54,495 nucleotides of DNA from an uncultured Gammaproteobacteria bacterium (GTDB lineage: Bacteria > Patescibacteriota > Microgenomatia > UBA8517). Shown in pieces: positions 18,751 to 28,911 of the stretch. The notes under the pieces were generated by a model. That model saw nothing but the letters and a program-made list of their open reading frames with translations, made no database searches and was not told the DNA's origin. The stretch spans positions 1-54,495 of the forward strand of contig CAYMZX010000007.1 of assembly GCA_964395115.1 (NCBI GenBank). The letters run 5' to 3'. Numbering within the stretch: the stretch's first letter is position 1; each line of letters starts with the position of its first letter. The translations under genes and the position numbers were made by a program.

Positions 18751-20249
18751 ATGCGGCTGTTGAACTAGAATTCGAAAAGCTAATAAAAGAAATAAAAAGT
18801 TATAGTAGCCGGCCAAATATCCCGGCAATTAAGAATGCTTGGCGGTTTGCAAAATTGGCCCACGCTGGTCAAAAGCGGCTAAGCGGGGAGGATTTTGTGG
18901 TTCATCCTTTAGCGGTGGCTAGAAGATTAGCCGAGTGGCGTTTAGATTCCACTTCGATAATCGCCGGCCTTCTTCACGATACAATCGAAGATGGCGGAGC
19001 AAAGAGAGAAGATATTGTTTCAGGTTTTGGCGAACGGGTGGCCGAATTAGTCGACGGAGTGACCAAAGTAACTACCTTGAGATTGAGAGGAAGTAAAGAG
19101 GCTATTTTTACAGAAAACTTACGAAAAATGCTTTTAGTTATGGCCAAAGATCTGCGGGTGATTTTGGTCAAGTTAGCCGATAGGTTGCACAATCTTAATA
19201 CCCTTTATGCTCTTCCCCTAAAAAAACAAATCGAAAATGCCGAGGAAACATTGGAAATATATGCTCCTTTGGCCGAAAGGTTGGGAATGGGGAAAGTAAA
19301 AGGGGAGCTTGAAGATTTAGCCTTTTCTTATGTCTACCCTGACGAGTATAAAAAAGTTATCGACGAGTCGGCGGTTTTTTATAAAGAAGCCGAAAAGCAT
19401 ATCGAGATTATGAAAAGAAGGATATTGAAGGAATTGGCTAGAAATGGGATCATGGCCCAGATTCACGGCCGGAAAAAACATCTTTACTCGCTATGGTTGA
19501 AACTGCAAAGACCGGAGATAGATTGGGATTTCAGTAAGGTCCACGATATTGTTGCCTTGCGAATTATCACAGGAACAGTGGTTAATTGTTATACCGCCCT
19601 CGGAATTACCCATCAGGTTTATAAACCAGTACCCCATATTGGGATTTCCGACTTTATTGCCCAACCGAAGCCCAACGGTTACCAGTCGATCCATACCAAA
19701 GTTTTCGGGCCCGGCGGTCGGATAGTTGAAGTGCAAATAAGAACTAGAAAAATGCACGAGGAGGCAGAGTTTGGAATAGCCGCCCATTGGGCCTATGGTG
19801 AGGCTAAATCTTCCGGGGCAAAAGATGTCAAATTAGAGAAAGGAGAAGTAACTGTGGGGGAAAAACTTACTTGGGTAAAACAGCTGGTCAGATGGCAAAA
19901 TGAGCTGACCGATACCAAAGAGTTTTTGAGAGCGGTTAAATTCGACGCTTTAAAACACAGAAATTTTGTTTTTTCGCCGCAGGGGGATGTTTACGATTTA
20001 CCGGCCGGCGCCACCCCAATCGACTTTGCTTATGCCGTTCATACCGACCTAGGGAATTATTTAAAAGGGGTCAAAGTTGATGGCCGGATTGTTCCCCTTA
20101 ATTACAAACTAAAGAGCGGTGAGGTAGTGGAAATTCTTAAATCCAGAAACAAAAAACCGCCAAATCGTGATTGGTTGGAATTTGTTGCTACTACTCTGGC
20201 CCGGCGGGAAATAAAAAAACATTTGAGAAAGGACTTCAATTCAAAGTAG
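18747..20249 (+). CDS. relA: RelA/SpoT (p)ppGpp synthetase/hydrolase (HD-SYNTH-TGS, no ACT domain)
   Basis: LLHDTIED, KLADRLHN, KPNGYQSIHT, EVQIRT, TGS motif TPIDFAYAVHT. Confidence 0.93.
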   Translation: MNAAVELEFEKLIKEIKSYSSRPNIPAIKNAWRFAKLAHAGQKRLSGEDFVVHPLAVARRLAEWRLDSTSIIAGLLHDTIEDGGAKREDIVSGFGERVAELVDGVTKVTTLRLRGSKEAIFTENLRKMLLVMAKDLRVILVKLADRLHNLNTLYALPLKKQIENAEETLEIYAPLAERLGMGKVKGELEDLAFSYVYPDEYKKVIDESAVFYKEAEKHIEIMKRRILKELARNGIMAQIHGRKKHLYSLWLKLQRPEIDWDFSKVHDIVALRIITGTVVNCYTALGITHQVYKPVPHIGISDFIAQPKPNGYQSIHTKVFGPGGRIVEVQIRTRKMHEEAEFGIAAHWAYGEAKSSGAKDVKLEKGEVTVGEKLTWVKQLVRWQNELTDTKEFLRAVKFDALKHRNFVFSPQGDVYDLPAGATPIDFAYAVHTDLGNYLKGVKVDGRIVPLNYKLKSGEVVEILKSRNKKPPNRDWLEFVATTLARREIKKHLRKDFNSK

Positions 20250-20250
20250 A

Positions 20251-21627
20251 ATGGATAGAATGGAAAGAACGTTGGCCAGGGAAACTCTTAAAAAAATTGG
20301 AGAAAAAGTGAGACTTTGTGGTTGGGTGGTCTCTATTCGGGATCATGGAAAAATTACCTTTATTGATTTAAGAGATCGGACTGGAGTAGTTCAATGTGTC
20401 GGCGAAGCTCTTCCTAGAGTTTCTTCCGAAAGCGTAATCGAAGTCTTGGGAAGTGTTGCCAAAAGACCGCAAAATCTGGCCAATCCTAATCTGGAAACGG
20501 GAACTGTGGAAGTTAAAATCGAAAAGATGAAAGTCTTATCGGCGGCCGAGGAGCTTCCATTTCCCCTCGAGGGAGACGGATATGAAATTGGCGAAGAAGT
20601 AAGACTTAAATACCGCTACCTCGATTTAAGAAGGCCAAGACTGCAGAGAAATATAAAGGTCAGATCCGCCTATGTCCAAGCGGCGAGAGAATATCTTTTT
20701 TCTCAAGATTTTGTTGAAATAGAAACGCCCCTATTAACCAAATCCACCCCCGAGGGTTCTCGAGACTTTATCGTCCCCAGTCGCCTTTATCCGGGCAAAT
20801 TTTTCGCTCTTCCCCAAAGCCCGCAGCAATATAAACAGTTGTTGATGGTGGCTGGTTTTGAAAGATATTTTCAAATTGCTAGATGCCTTAGAGACGAAGA
20901 CCCCCGGGCCGATAGGGGTTACGAACATACCCAGATAGATTTGGAGATGAGTTTTGTTGAAAGAGAGGATGTTATGAAGATAGTGGAAGAGATGACAATC
21001 TACGCTCTTACCAAGATAGGGGCAAAAGTCGCTCGAAAGCCCTTTCCGGTTTTTACTTACGAGGAAGCGATTAAAAGATTCAATTCGGATAAATTCGACT
21101 TAAGAAGCAATAAAGAAAAAGAGGAAAAAATCCTCTCTTTTGCCTGGGTGGTAGACTTTCCTTTTTTCAAAAAAGATACAGAAGGAAATTGGACATTTAC
21201 CCACAACCCATTTTCAAGACCTAAAAATAGCGAACACGAAGAATGGCTTTTAAAAAGGCAAAACATTGAAAAGATTCTGACCTCACAGTACGACCTGGTC
21301 TGCAATGGACTCGAGGTGGCGGGCGGTTCGATTCGTTCGAACAAAGCGGAAGTGTTAAAGAAAGTTTTTGAAATAATGGGCTATCAAAAAGAAGAAATTG
21401 AAGAAAAATTTGGGCACATGTTAAAAGCCTTTTCTTACGGAGCACCGCCACACGGAGGTTGTGCTCAGGGATTTGAAAGATTACTGATGGCTTATTTCGG
21501 CGAAGAATATTTAAGAGAAGTCCAAGCTTTCCCCCAAACTGGCAAAGGAAGAACTTCGGTTATGGACGCGCCCAGCCCATTGGATGAGAGGCAGCTCAAA
21601 GAACTGGGCCTCAAAATTGTTAAATGA
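20251..21627 (+). CDS. aspS: Aspartyl-tRNA synthetase, short form
   Basis: RDHG..FIDLRD, RYLDLRR, LPQSPQQYKQ, GAPPHGG. Confidence 0.95.
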   Translation: MDRMERTLARETLKKIGEKVRLCGWVVSIRDHGKITFIDLRDRTGVVQCVGEALPRVSSESVIEVLGSVAKRPQNLANPNLETGTVEVKIEKMKVLSAAEELPFPLEGDGYEIGEEVRLKYRYLDLRRPRLQRNIKVRSAYVQAAREYLFSQDFVEIETPLLTKSTPEGSRDFIVPSRLYPGKFFALPQSPQQYKQLLMVAGFERYFQIARCLRDEDPRADRGYEHTQIDLEMSFVEREDVMKIVEEMTIYALTKIGAKVARKPFPVFTYEEAIKRFNSDKFDLRSNKEKEEKILSFAWVVDFPFFKKDTEGNWTFTHNPFSRPKNSEHEEWLLKRQNIEKILTSQYDLVCNGLEVAGGSIRSNKAEVLKKVFEIMGYQKEEIEEKFGHMLKAFSYGAPPHGGCAQGFERLLMAYFGEEYLREVQAFPQTGKGRTSVMDAPSPLDERQLKELGLKIVK

Positions 21628-22553
21628 AACTTCTTTATCTTTCGCTATTATCATTCGTTTTTATCAGCTCTGCCGCCCTGGCTTTGGCGGAGGTAGATAA
21701 TTTTATTCAATCAAATGATATTCGTCCCAAAAAAGATTTTCCCGCTTTGCCGGTTATTGCCAAAAACGCTAGTTTTCCTATTATTTCTGCCCAAGCAGCA
21801 TTAGCAGTAGACCTGGATTCGAGGGTATCTCTCTACGAAAAGAATCCGGATAGTCCTCTTCTGCCTGCCTCGACGACCAAAATAATAACCGCTTTGGTGG
21901 CCCTAGAATATTATCCTCTTGATTTAGTTTTGAAAGTCCATGAGGTAAAAATAGATGGTCAAAAAATGGGATTGGTAAAGGGAGAGCGAATAACAGTCGA
22001 ATCCCTTCTGTACGGCCTCCTTGTTTATTCAGCCAATGATGCGGCCGAAGTTCTGGCCGAGAATTTTCCTGCCTCGCCGGCAGGCGGGCCCGGCGGCCGG
22101 GACTTGTTTATCGCGGCCATGAATATTAAAGCCAAAGAATTAAATTTGAGCCATTCCCGATTCAATAATCCGACAGGACTAGATGGCAATGGCCACGTTT
22201 CCACCGCCAGAGATCTAATATTGGTTTCGGAGGTGGCCATGAGAGATCCGGTTTTTGCTAAAATTGTTGGCACCAAACAGATAATCGTCAAAAGTATTGA
22301 TGGAAAAGTCGTTCATAATTTGAGAAATATTAATGAGTTATTGGGTTCGGTTGAGGGGGTTCTCGGAGTGAAGACGGGTTGGACAGAGAATGCTAGGGAG
22401 AATTTGGTGACCTATCTGGAAAGAGATGGGAAGAAAATTATGATTGTTCTTTTAGGCAGTCAAGACAGATTCGGGGAAACTACAGAATTAATCGATTGGA
22501 TCTTCGCCAATTACACTTGGCAAGAAGTTTCGCCCCCGTTTTATTCTCCGTAA
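21624..22553 (+). CDS. D-Ala-D-Ala carboxypeptidase (peptidase S11)
   Basis: PASTTK (SxxK), SAND (SxN), KTG; N-terminal signal. Confidence 0.93.
   Translation: MKLLYLSLLSFVFISSAALALAEVDNFIQSNDIRPKKDFPALPVIAKNASFPIISAQAALAVDLDSRVSLYEKNPDSPLLPASTTKIITALVALEYYPLDLVLKVHEVKIDGQKMGLVKGERITVESLLYGLLVYSANDAAEVLAENFPASPAGGPGGRDLFIAAMNIKAKELNLSHSRFNNPTGLDGNGHVSTARDLILVSEVAMRDPVFAKIVGTKQIIVKSIDGKVVHNLRNINELLGSVEGVLGVKTGWTENARENLVTYLERDGKKIMIVLLGSQDRFGETTELIDWIFANYTWQEVSPPFYSP
22068..22088. repeat. 21-bp palindromic in-frame insertion
   Basis: CCTGCCTCGCCGGCAGGCGGG encodes PASPAGG; removing it leaves ENFPGGRDLF. Confidence 0.55.
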
Positions 22554-23587
22554 TATTCGGCCGTCACCGCCGGTAGATAAGCAATAAATCCTCTGTCTCC
22601 TTCAAAAACAATAATTGGTTGTAAGAATTCCATTTCGACACCGGCATCGTAATAAGCCAGATAAATTTTTCTAATCATCACCTTATCTCCTTCTTGGTTA
22701 GCTCCGTAGCTGGCAATAAAAGCCCCGCCCGAGTTAAATTCGTTCCAGGCCGTTTGACTATCTTTGAGAGGATAGGTCGAAGATTGGGATTCATCGACGG
22801 GGAAATATATATATTGTCCGGCCAAGACTTGTTTCGTTCGATCCTGCGAGCCGGAAACATAAAACCAGACATTGGCCGTACCGGGATCGGCGGTCAAACA
22901 AGGAAGGTTGTCGTACTTTTTTCTAAAAAGATTAATTTTGACTAAATCGGATTCGGAAAGGGAAATAGCGCTGATAAATTTTCCTCCTTCTATTTTTAAG
23001 AATTCGTGGGTGGTCGGACCGGACAAATCGGCGGGCAGAAGGTCGGCCGAAGATAAAAACGAGCGGACATAAGAAGCGGCAATTTCGGGAGCCGGCGGTC
23101 GTTTTTGAATCGGGGAAGAATCCGCCCCGAGGTCATAACTAATCGAGAAAACACCTGTGACAATGTTTATTTCTAATGTGGCTGGATTTTGTTTATGGGG
23201 AAATTTGTAAATAGTCTGACTAACTTGTTGTTCGGATGGAACAAATCCAAGCTTGCTGGCGGTATTTTTGGTCGTGTCTAAAGAAAAAAGGTTGGCTGAA
23301 AGTTTGGGCATAAAATAGACTTTGGCTTGTGGAGCAAGAGTTGGGAGGCCTCCCTCGATTGTTTCCAGAGAATAACTTAAATTTATCTTGGGATTTTCGG
23401 GAAAATAGAGTTTTGGTAACTTTCCAAAAGTTACGGTTGGGGGCGGAGGCGGGGCGGGGAAAAATTTTCGATAAACACCCGAACCAATATCAAAGAGAAT
23501 CTTGGCTACAATTAGAAAAATGACGAAAAAGACCGAATATCTGATGATTTTCCTGGTGATTATCGAAACACGGGTCAGGGAAGTCAT
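22541..23587 (-). CDS. Hypothetical membrane-anchored extracytoplasmic protein
   Basis: 348-aa ORF with N-terminal TM and PAPPPPP linker; TATACT 6 nt upstream of ATG. Confidence 0.8.
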   Translation of the reverse strand: MTSLTRVSIITRKIIRYSVFFVIFLIVAKILFDIGSGVYRKFFPAPPPPPTVTFGKLPKLYFPENPKINLSYSLETIEGGLPTLAPQAKVYFMPKLSANLFSLDTTKNTASKLGFVPSEQQVSQTIYKFPHKQNPATLEINIVTGVFSISYDLGADSSPIQKRPPAPEIAASYVRSFLSSADLLPADLSGPTTHEFLKIEGGKFISAISLSESDLVKINLFRKKYDNLPCLTADPGTANVWFYVSGSQDRTKQVLAGQYIYFPVDESQSSTYPLKDSQTAWNEFNSGGAFIASYGANQEGDKVMIRKIYLAYYDAGVEMEFLQPIIVFEGDRGFIAYLPAVTAEYYGE

Positions 23588-23628
23588 GCTTTGAGTATAG
23601 CCTCAAAAGGTTGTAGAATTCAATTGCG

Positions 23629-24930
23629 ATGATACGAACCAGATTCGCCCCTTCTCCCACCGGCGATTTGCACATAGGAGGCTTAAGAACGGCTCTTTAC
23701 TCCTACGCCTTAGCTAAGCATCAAGAAGGGAAATTTGTTTTAAGAATCGAAGACACCGATAAAAAAAGAGAAGTGCCTCGCGGAAAAGAGAAAATCCAAA
23801 AAATATTAAAAACATTCGGCCTTAATTGGGATGAATATTATGTTCAATCGGAGCTGGCAAAAGACGGTAGGTACAAAAAAGCGGCCGAGGATCTAGTCAA
23901 AAAAGGAAGGGCTTTCTATTGTATTTGTAAACCAAAAAATACCGAAAAAGGGGGATTTTCAAAAGAATTAAGAGACTCCTGCCGAGATAAAAACTTGAAG
24001 ACGGGGGCGGTAAAGCTAAAAATTCCGGAAAATCAAAAAATTTCCTTTAAAGATTATGTTTTAGGAAAAGAGATTGCTTGGAATAGCAATGCTGTGTCTG
24101 ACACCACCCTTCTTAAATCTGACGGAATGCCGACGTATCATCTAGCGGTGGTGGTTGATGATTATAAAATGGAGATTACCCATGTTTTGAGGGGACACGA
24201 TTGGCTTCCTTCCACGCCGGTACATTTGTTGGTTTACGACGGACTTAATTATAAGGTTCCTGAAATTGGCCACCTTACCGATATTTTGGATCCCGAGGGT
24301 GGTAAGCTTTCCAAAAGAAAGGGCAGTACTTCCTGCGAGGGGTTGCTGACCGAAGGTTATCTTCCCGAGGCCATTCTAAATTTCGTGATGCTGTTAGGTT
24401 GGGCGCCGAAAAACAATCAGGAGATTTTTAGTTTAAAGGAGTTTGTAGATGTATTTGATCCTTCCGGTTTCCAAAAAACAAATCCGGTATTCAATCAGGA
24501 AAAACTAGACTGGTTCAATGGCGAATATATAAGAAAACTGGACCTTGAAAATTTAGAAACAAAAATTTCCCAATTCTTTGAGGGAAAATACCCCTCGAAG
24601 CAACTTAAACGCATTTTGCCATTAGTGAGAGATAGGATAAAAACTCTTAAAGAATTTGAGTCACTGGCAGGATTTTTCTTTAAATGGCAAAAGCCGAACC
24701 TGACACTATTCGGCAATAATTACAAAGAGCATTTAGCGGCCGCCGCCGAAGCGATAGCAGAAAATAGGCCGTTGGAAGATATCGCCAGAGAAAGAAAATT
24801 TGATATCGGCGATTTCTTTATGGACCTACGAATTGTTATCACCGGCAGCAAAATCACGCCGCCTATAAATGAGTCAATCGAGATTTTAGGAAAAGAGGAG
24901 TCCTTAAGGAGAATAAAGGAGTTTATCTGA
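23629..24930 (+). CDS. gltX: Glutamyl-tRNA synthetase
   Basis: RTRFAPSPTG.LHIGG, RIEDTD, KLSKR. Confidence 0.97.
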   Translation: MIRTRFAPSPTGDLHIGGLRTALYSYALAKHQEGKFVLRIEDTDKKREVPRGKEKIQKILKTFGLNWDEYYVQSELAKDGRYKKAAEDLVKKGRAFYCICKPKNTEKGGFSKELRDSCRDKNLKTGAVKLKIPENQKISFKDYVLGKEIAWNSNAVSDTTLLKSDGMPTYHLAVVVDDYKMEITHVLRGHDWLPSTPVHLLVYDGLNYKVPEIGHLTDILDPEGGKLSKRKGSTSCEGLLTEGYLPEAILNFVMLLGWAPKNNQEIFSLKEFVDVFDPSGFQKTNPVFNQEKLDWFNGEYIRKLDLENLETKISQFFEGKYPSKQLKRILPLVRDRIKTLKEFESLAGFFFKWQKPNLTLFGNNYKEHLAAAAEAIAENRPLEDIARERKFDIGDFFMDLRIVITGSKITPPINESIEILGKEESLRRIKEFI

Positions 24931-24933
24931 ATT

Positions 24934-25902
24934 ATGGGAGGAAAACTGCCCACTCAAACATACCACCAAATAGCCAAAGGGGTAGATTTCGAATCTCTGC
25001 GCAGCCGGCTTAAATTAAAACAGATAGAGGCTAAAAAAGCTTTTTCAAAAAAATATCCCGATGTCGAGAGATACTTGGCTGAAAAAGGCATCGACCTTGA
25101 AAGATTAAGACAGCACTCGGCCAAAATAATTGGCGCCGGCGCCTTGACAGGAACGCTTCTTCTGACTCCTCCCGTCCAAAAGGCCTTGCCCCCACCCCAA
25201 GAAATAATCGACAAAGCGAAAGCGGAAAAAGAAGGGGGGGAAGCGGAATTCCCCCAAAAGATTTTAATTGATATTTTAAATGAGACTTTGCCCGAACGAC
25301 CTAGGCCGCTCACCAGGAGCGAGGAGAAATATCTGGAGCAAGTTTTTGAAAATATCATAGGAGTTAAAGCCAGAGCCACGCTTGAGGGAGAACACTTGAA
25401 TACAACCTATGGTCTGATCGGCGCCGAACAACATCTCAAAAGATATCCCGGCGATACAATTGCCGGCCACCAGCCGCACCTAAAGGCAGGAATAGCTCCC
25501 GGCCTAGGAGCTTGGGGCTATTTCGCTCCCTCGAAAGATAAACTGACAAAAGAACTTGAGGAAACGGAAAAATGGTACGCCGTTGTCCAGACATTATACC
25601 TACCTGATTGGAACACCCGACAGCCTTATTTAAGAGATTGGTACAAATACCGAAAAGTATTGATTGTTAATACTCAAAATGGGAATGCGGTTGTAGCGGC
25701 CATCGCCGATTCGGGCCCGGCCGCCTGGACGGGCAAACAGTTCGGAGGTTCTCCCGAGGTTATGGAATATCTGGGGGGACCAAGATACAAAAAGGGACCG
25801 GTGGTTCTCTTTTTTGTTGATGATCCGGAAAACAAAGTTCCCCTGGGTCCGGTTGACTATAATACAATTAACCTGCCGCCGACGGCCTTAAAAGAAATAT
25901 GA
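24934..25902 (+). CDS. Hypothetical protein with C-terminal RlpA/DPBB-like region
   Basis: 322-aa ORF; KVLIVNTQNGNAVVAAIADSGP resembles the RlpA VxNxxNGxxVxxxIxDxGP pattern. Confidence 0.7.
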   Translation: MGGKLPTQTYHQIAKGVDFESLRSRLKLKQIEAKKAFSKKYPDVERYLAEKGIDLERLRQHSAKIIGAGALTGTLLLTPPVQKALPPPQEIIDKAKAEKEGGEAEFPQKILIDILNETLPERPRPLTRSEEKYLEQVFENIIGVKARATLEGEHLNTTYGLIGAEQHLKRYPGDTIAGHQPHLKAGIAPGLGAWGYFAPSKDKLTKELEETEKWYAVVQTLYLPDWNTRQPYLRDWYKYRKVLIVNTQNGNAVVAAIADSGPAAWTGKQFGGSPEVMEYLGGPRYKKGPVVLFFVDDPENKVPLGPVDYNTINLPPTALKEI

Positions 25903-26228
25903 GCAAACTTTTTTTTGATAACTTGATTGTTTTTGAAGAAGTCGAAAATAAAATCGATTCAATTGCCAAAACCGAAGAAGAGAGAAACGAACTTTGGGGG
26001 ATTGTAGACAGCCTTATCCGCCATCGAGCCCTAGGATTAATTTTCGAAAAATTGCCGAAGACTTATCACCCCGAATTCTTGAATATGTTTCATCAAGCTC
26101 CCCATGATGAAACTTTGATCGATTATCTCAAAGAGAAGATTGGAGAAAATATCGAGGAACTCCTTAGGCAGGAGTTAGGAAATTTAGCTTACGAGCTTCT
26201 TGAAGAATTTGCTTCGGCCAAAAAATAA
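25899..26228 (+). CDS. Hypothetical acidic helical protein
   Basis: 109-aa ORF overlapping the upstream stop (ATGA). Confidence 0.75.
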   Translation: MSKLFFDNLIVFEEVENKIDSIAKTEEERNELWGIVDSLIRHRALGLIFEKLPKTYHPEFLNMFHQAPHDETLIDYLKEKIGENIEELLRQELGNLAYELLEEFASAKK

Positions 26229-26230
26229 AA

Positions 26231-26536
26231 ATGGACCCTAAATTTGGCGGAGTTATTTGGACAAACCACGCCCTCAATAGAATGAGGGAGAGGGAAATTT
26301 CTCAGGGCGATGCATGGGCAACCTGGAGAAAACCGGATCAATCAAGGTATGCTACTGCCAAAGGCGCTTGGATTTACTATAGAACTTTTCGGAATGAAAA
26401 AATAGAAGTAGTGGCCAAGAAAAACGAAAACGGGAAGTGGGTAATTCTTTCGGTATGGAGCAGACCTGTTTATGGAAAAGTAGGCAAGACCGAACCCTTT
26501 TTAAGTTTTTTGATTAAAAAGATATTTAAGAAGTAG
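26231..26536 (+). CDS. DUF4258-like (RelE-fold) small protein
   Basis: WTNHALNRMREREI N-terminal pattern and ..WVILSVW C-terminal strand. Confidence 0.6.
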   Translation: MDPKFGGVIWTNHALNRMREREISQGDAWATWRKPDQSRYATAKGAWIYYRTFRNEKIEVVAKKNENGKWVILSVWSRPVYGKVGKTEPFLSFLIKKIFKK

Positions 26537-26548
26537 AGTAGGTATTAT

Positions 26549-28315
26549 ATGATTCCTAAGATTTTTAAAAAATTAAGCTACTTTATCAAAATCAACGGCG
26601 TTTTTCTAACCATTCTTCTCATAGGAGCCCTTTTGAGAACTGCCTATCTTGCTCAAGTACCTCCTGGATTAAATCACGACGAACTTCACGCTGTTCTAAA
26701 CGCCCAATCCGTCGCCAAAACAGGAAGATTAATTCCCGGTATGGCTACGGGAATAATAGGTTCTCCCAGTGGAGATTATCTTTCGGGAATATTTGGAGAA
26801 ATAGGCTCTTTACTGCTTATCCCCTTCGTATATTTATTCGGAATTTCAACTGTGGCCATAAAACTTCCCTACATTTTATCCCACATGGGCATAATTTTAT
26901 TGGTTTATCTGATATCCAAGAAGCTTATTGGTCAAAAAGTTGCTTTAATAGCAGCATTTCTGATGGCGATTAATCCCTGGTCTATACACTTTGCTAGAGC
27001 TGCTTATGAGTCTAACTTCGGTTTCCTTTTTTACTTTTTTTCCATCTATTTATTTATGGTTCTCAAAGGGAGGAAAATCTTCTGGAGCTTACCATTTTTA
27101 CTGGGAGGATTTCTTTCTTATTTTGCGACGAAAGTTCAACTTATTCCCTTAGGGTTCTTGGGAATTTTTATAACTAAATCCTTTAATCCCAGAAAATCTG
27201 TCAAGCCAGCACTATATCTCACGGGATTTCTGATTTTATTTACATTTATTTACCTTTTATTTCTTAGAATCCATCCCGCCGGTGAACGTATTAAAGAGCT
27301 CGGAAGTCTTACCTCGGTCAGCTCGGTAGTCAACTCAAAACGCCTTATTAGTCTAGATTCCCCCCTCTCTACCATATTTGTAAACAAAGTTTCGGAGAGT
27401 TTAAGAGAACGTATCAGCGCATTTCTCGGAGGACTTTCTCCCGCACAAATATTTTTGGAAGGACAAAAGGGGGACACAGAGGCCTTAACCATTCCTGACC
27501 ATGGATTTATGTATCTAATTGACGGGCTGTTTATCGTTTTAGGATTCGCCTATTTATCAAGAAAAAACCTCAAGGCCCTTTATATAATCCTGATCTTGGC
27601 GGTAATTTCTCTTCTCCCTAATTTAATTAATCTGCATGGGACAACTCATGCCTTAAGAAGCGGGTTACTTTATCCCTCTTTAGTAATTTTGAGTGCATCG
27701 GGTATTAATTTTGTCCTAGATATCGTAAAAAGAAAAAAGACAAAAAAACTGATAAAAATAAGCATCCTCTTACTTTATCTGGTGTCTTTAGCTAATTTTG
27801 CTTATTTATATTTCTTAAGAACCCCCGTTGAGAAGTTTGATGGCTGGTATACATACGAAAGAGTCTTGGCAAGATACATAAGTTTACATAATGAACTCTA
27901 TCCAGAAGAACCCCTGGTTGTCGTAACTCCGTTTCTGAAAGACGCAAGTTATGAATATCTTTATTACACGGGCAAATATGACTCCAAGGAGGAAATAGTC
28001 AGAGCAAATAATTCATTGGTTACCAAGAATTACAAATTTGATAACGTCCTTTTTACGGAAAATTGTGATTATATTGGAGACTCAGCGACTCTTATCAAAG
28101 ACGTCAGAAGTAAGGACTGTAAACTGGAAACCGATTTAAATATTGCTTCCCCCGAAGATGCTGGAACAAGATATCTTATTCAAAACGACAAGGTCTGTAG
28201 TCAATATCCCAAGAGTAAATACCCTTTAATTAAAAAATTTGATGATATAATCCCGGAGGAAAAATCGAGGGAAGATTTTTGTGTATTCTGGGTTACTAAC
28301 CCCAATCAAATTTAA
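26549..28315 (+). CDS. GT-C fold glycosyltransferase (ArnT/PMT-like)
   Basis: PPGLNHDE after TM1, INPWSIHFARAAYE, many TM helices. Confidence 0.85.
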   Translation: MIPKIFKKLSYFIKINGVFLTILLIGALLRTAYLAQVPPGLNHDELHAVLNAQSVAKTGRLIPGMATGIIGSPSGDYLSGIFGEIGSLLLIPFVYLFGISTVAIKLPYILSHMGIILLVYLISKKLIGQKVALIAAFLMAINPWSIHFARAAYESNFGFLFYFFSIYLFMVLKGRKIFWSLPFLLGGFLSYFATKVQLIPLGFLGIFITKSFNPRKSVKPALYLTGFLILFTFIYLLFLRIHPAGERIKELGSLTSVSSVVNSKRLISLDSPLSTIFVNKVSESLRERISAFLGGLSPAQIFLEGQKGDTEALTIPDHGFMYLIDGLFIVLGFAYLSRKNLKALYIILILAVISLLPNLINLHGTTHALRSGLLYPSLVILSASGINFVLDIVKRKKTKKLIKISILLLYLVSLANFAYLYFLRTPVEKFDGWYTYERVLARYISLHNELYPEEPLVVVTPFLKDASYEYLYYTGKYDSKEEIVRANNSLVTKNYKFDNVLFTENCDYIGDSATLIKDVRSKDCKLETDLNIASPEDAGTRYLIQNDKVCSQYPKSKYPLIKKFDDIIPEEKSREDFCVFWVTNPNQI

Positions 28316-28411
28316 AAAGATCCTCGGTGCTTGAAAAATTCAACCTCTCTCAGCCTCTTGACCACCATCTTTTTAGTTTAGCTTCCTTCTGTGGTAAAAT
28401 ACACCCATTAT

Positions 28412-28485
28412 TGCGGGGTCGTCTAACGGTAGGACGATGGACTCTGGATCCATTGATCTTGGTTCGAATCCAAGCCCCGCAGCCA
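28412..28485 (+). tRNA. tRNA-Gln(CTG)
   Basis: TGCGGGG/CCCCGCA acceptor stem, anticodon arm ATGGA-CTCTGGA-TCCAT, GGTTCGAATCC, encoded CCA. Confidence 0.97.
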
Positions 28486-28547
28486 ATTTGTAAAGTTTGC
28501 GCCCCCTTTTGGTTTAAGATAGCATAGTTTTGGTTTATAATAAAAAA

Positions 28548-28898
28548 GTGCTTTTAACATTTTATCTCTTGGTAATCGGTCATTTTATAGGGGATTTTAT
28601 GTTTCAGGGTTCTTTGGCAAGTAAAAAGAGAGGACTTAATAAATATATGCTTGCCCACGGAGCCATCATGGCTCTGGCTTTTTTCTTGCCCCTTATTAAT
28701 TATCCTTCCGGGAAAGTGGTTTTGGGGACGTTTATTCTTTTCCTGGGACATATAATGATTGACGCGGTAAGGTATGAGGTAAATAGGGTATTTAAAGTCA
28801 TTCCCGGAACATATACTTTTGCCCTTTCCTTGGGAATAGACCAGATTCTTCACATAAGCCTTATTTATCTCCTGTTTAATTTCCTGGTCGTAGGTTGA
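28548..28898 (+). CDS. DUF3307 family membrane protein
   Basis: GHFIGDFMFQ, H..ID and DQILH motifs; GTG 6 nt after TATAAT. Confidence 0.85.
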   Translation: MLLTFYLLVIGHFIGDFMFQGSLASKKRGLNKYMLAHGAIMALAFFLPLINYPSGKVVLGTFILFLGHIMIDAVRYEVNRVFKVIPGTYTFALSLGIDQILHISLIYLLFNFLVVG

Positions 28899-28911
28899 CC
28901 TATAGCCTCGC

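Noticed and set aside
28327-28527. 66-aa ORF
   Set aside because: It overlaps tRNA-Gln.
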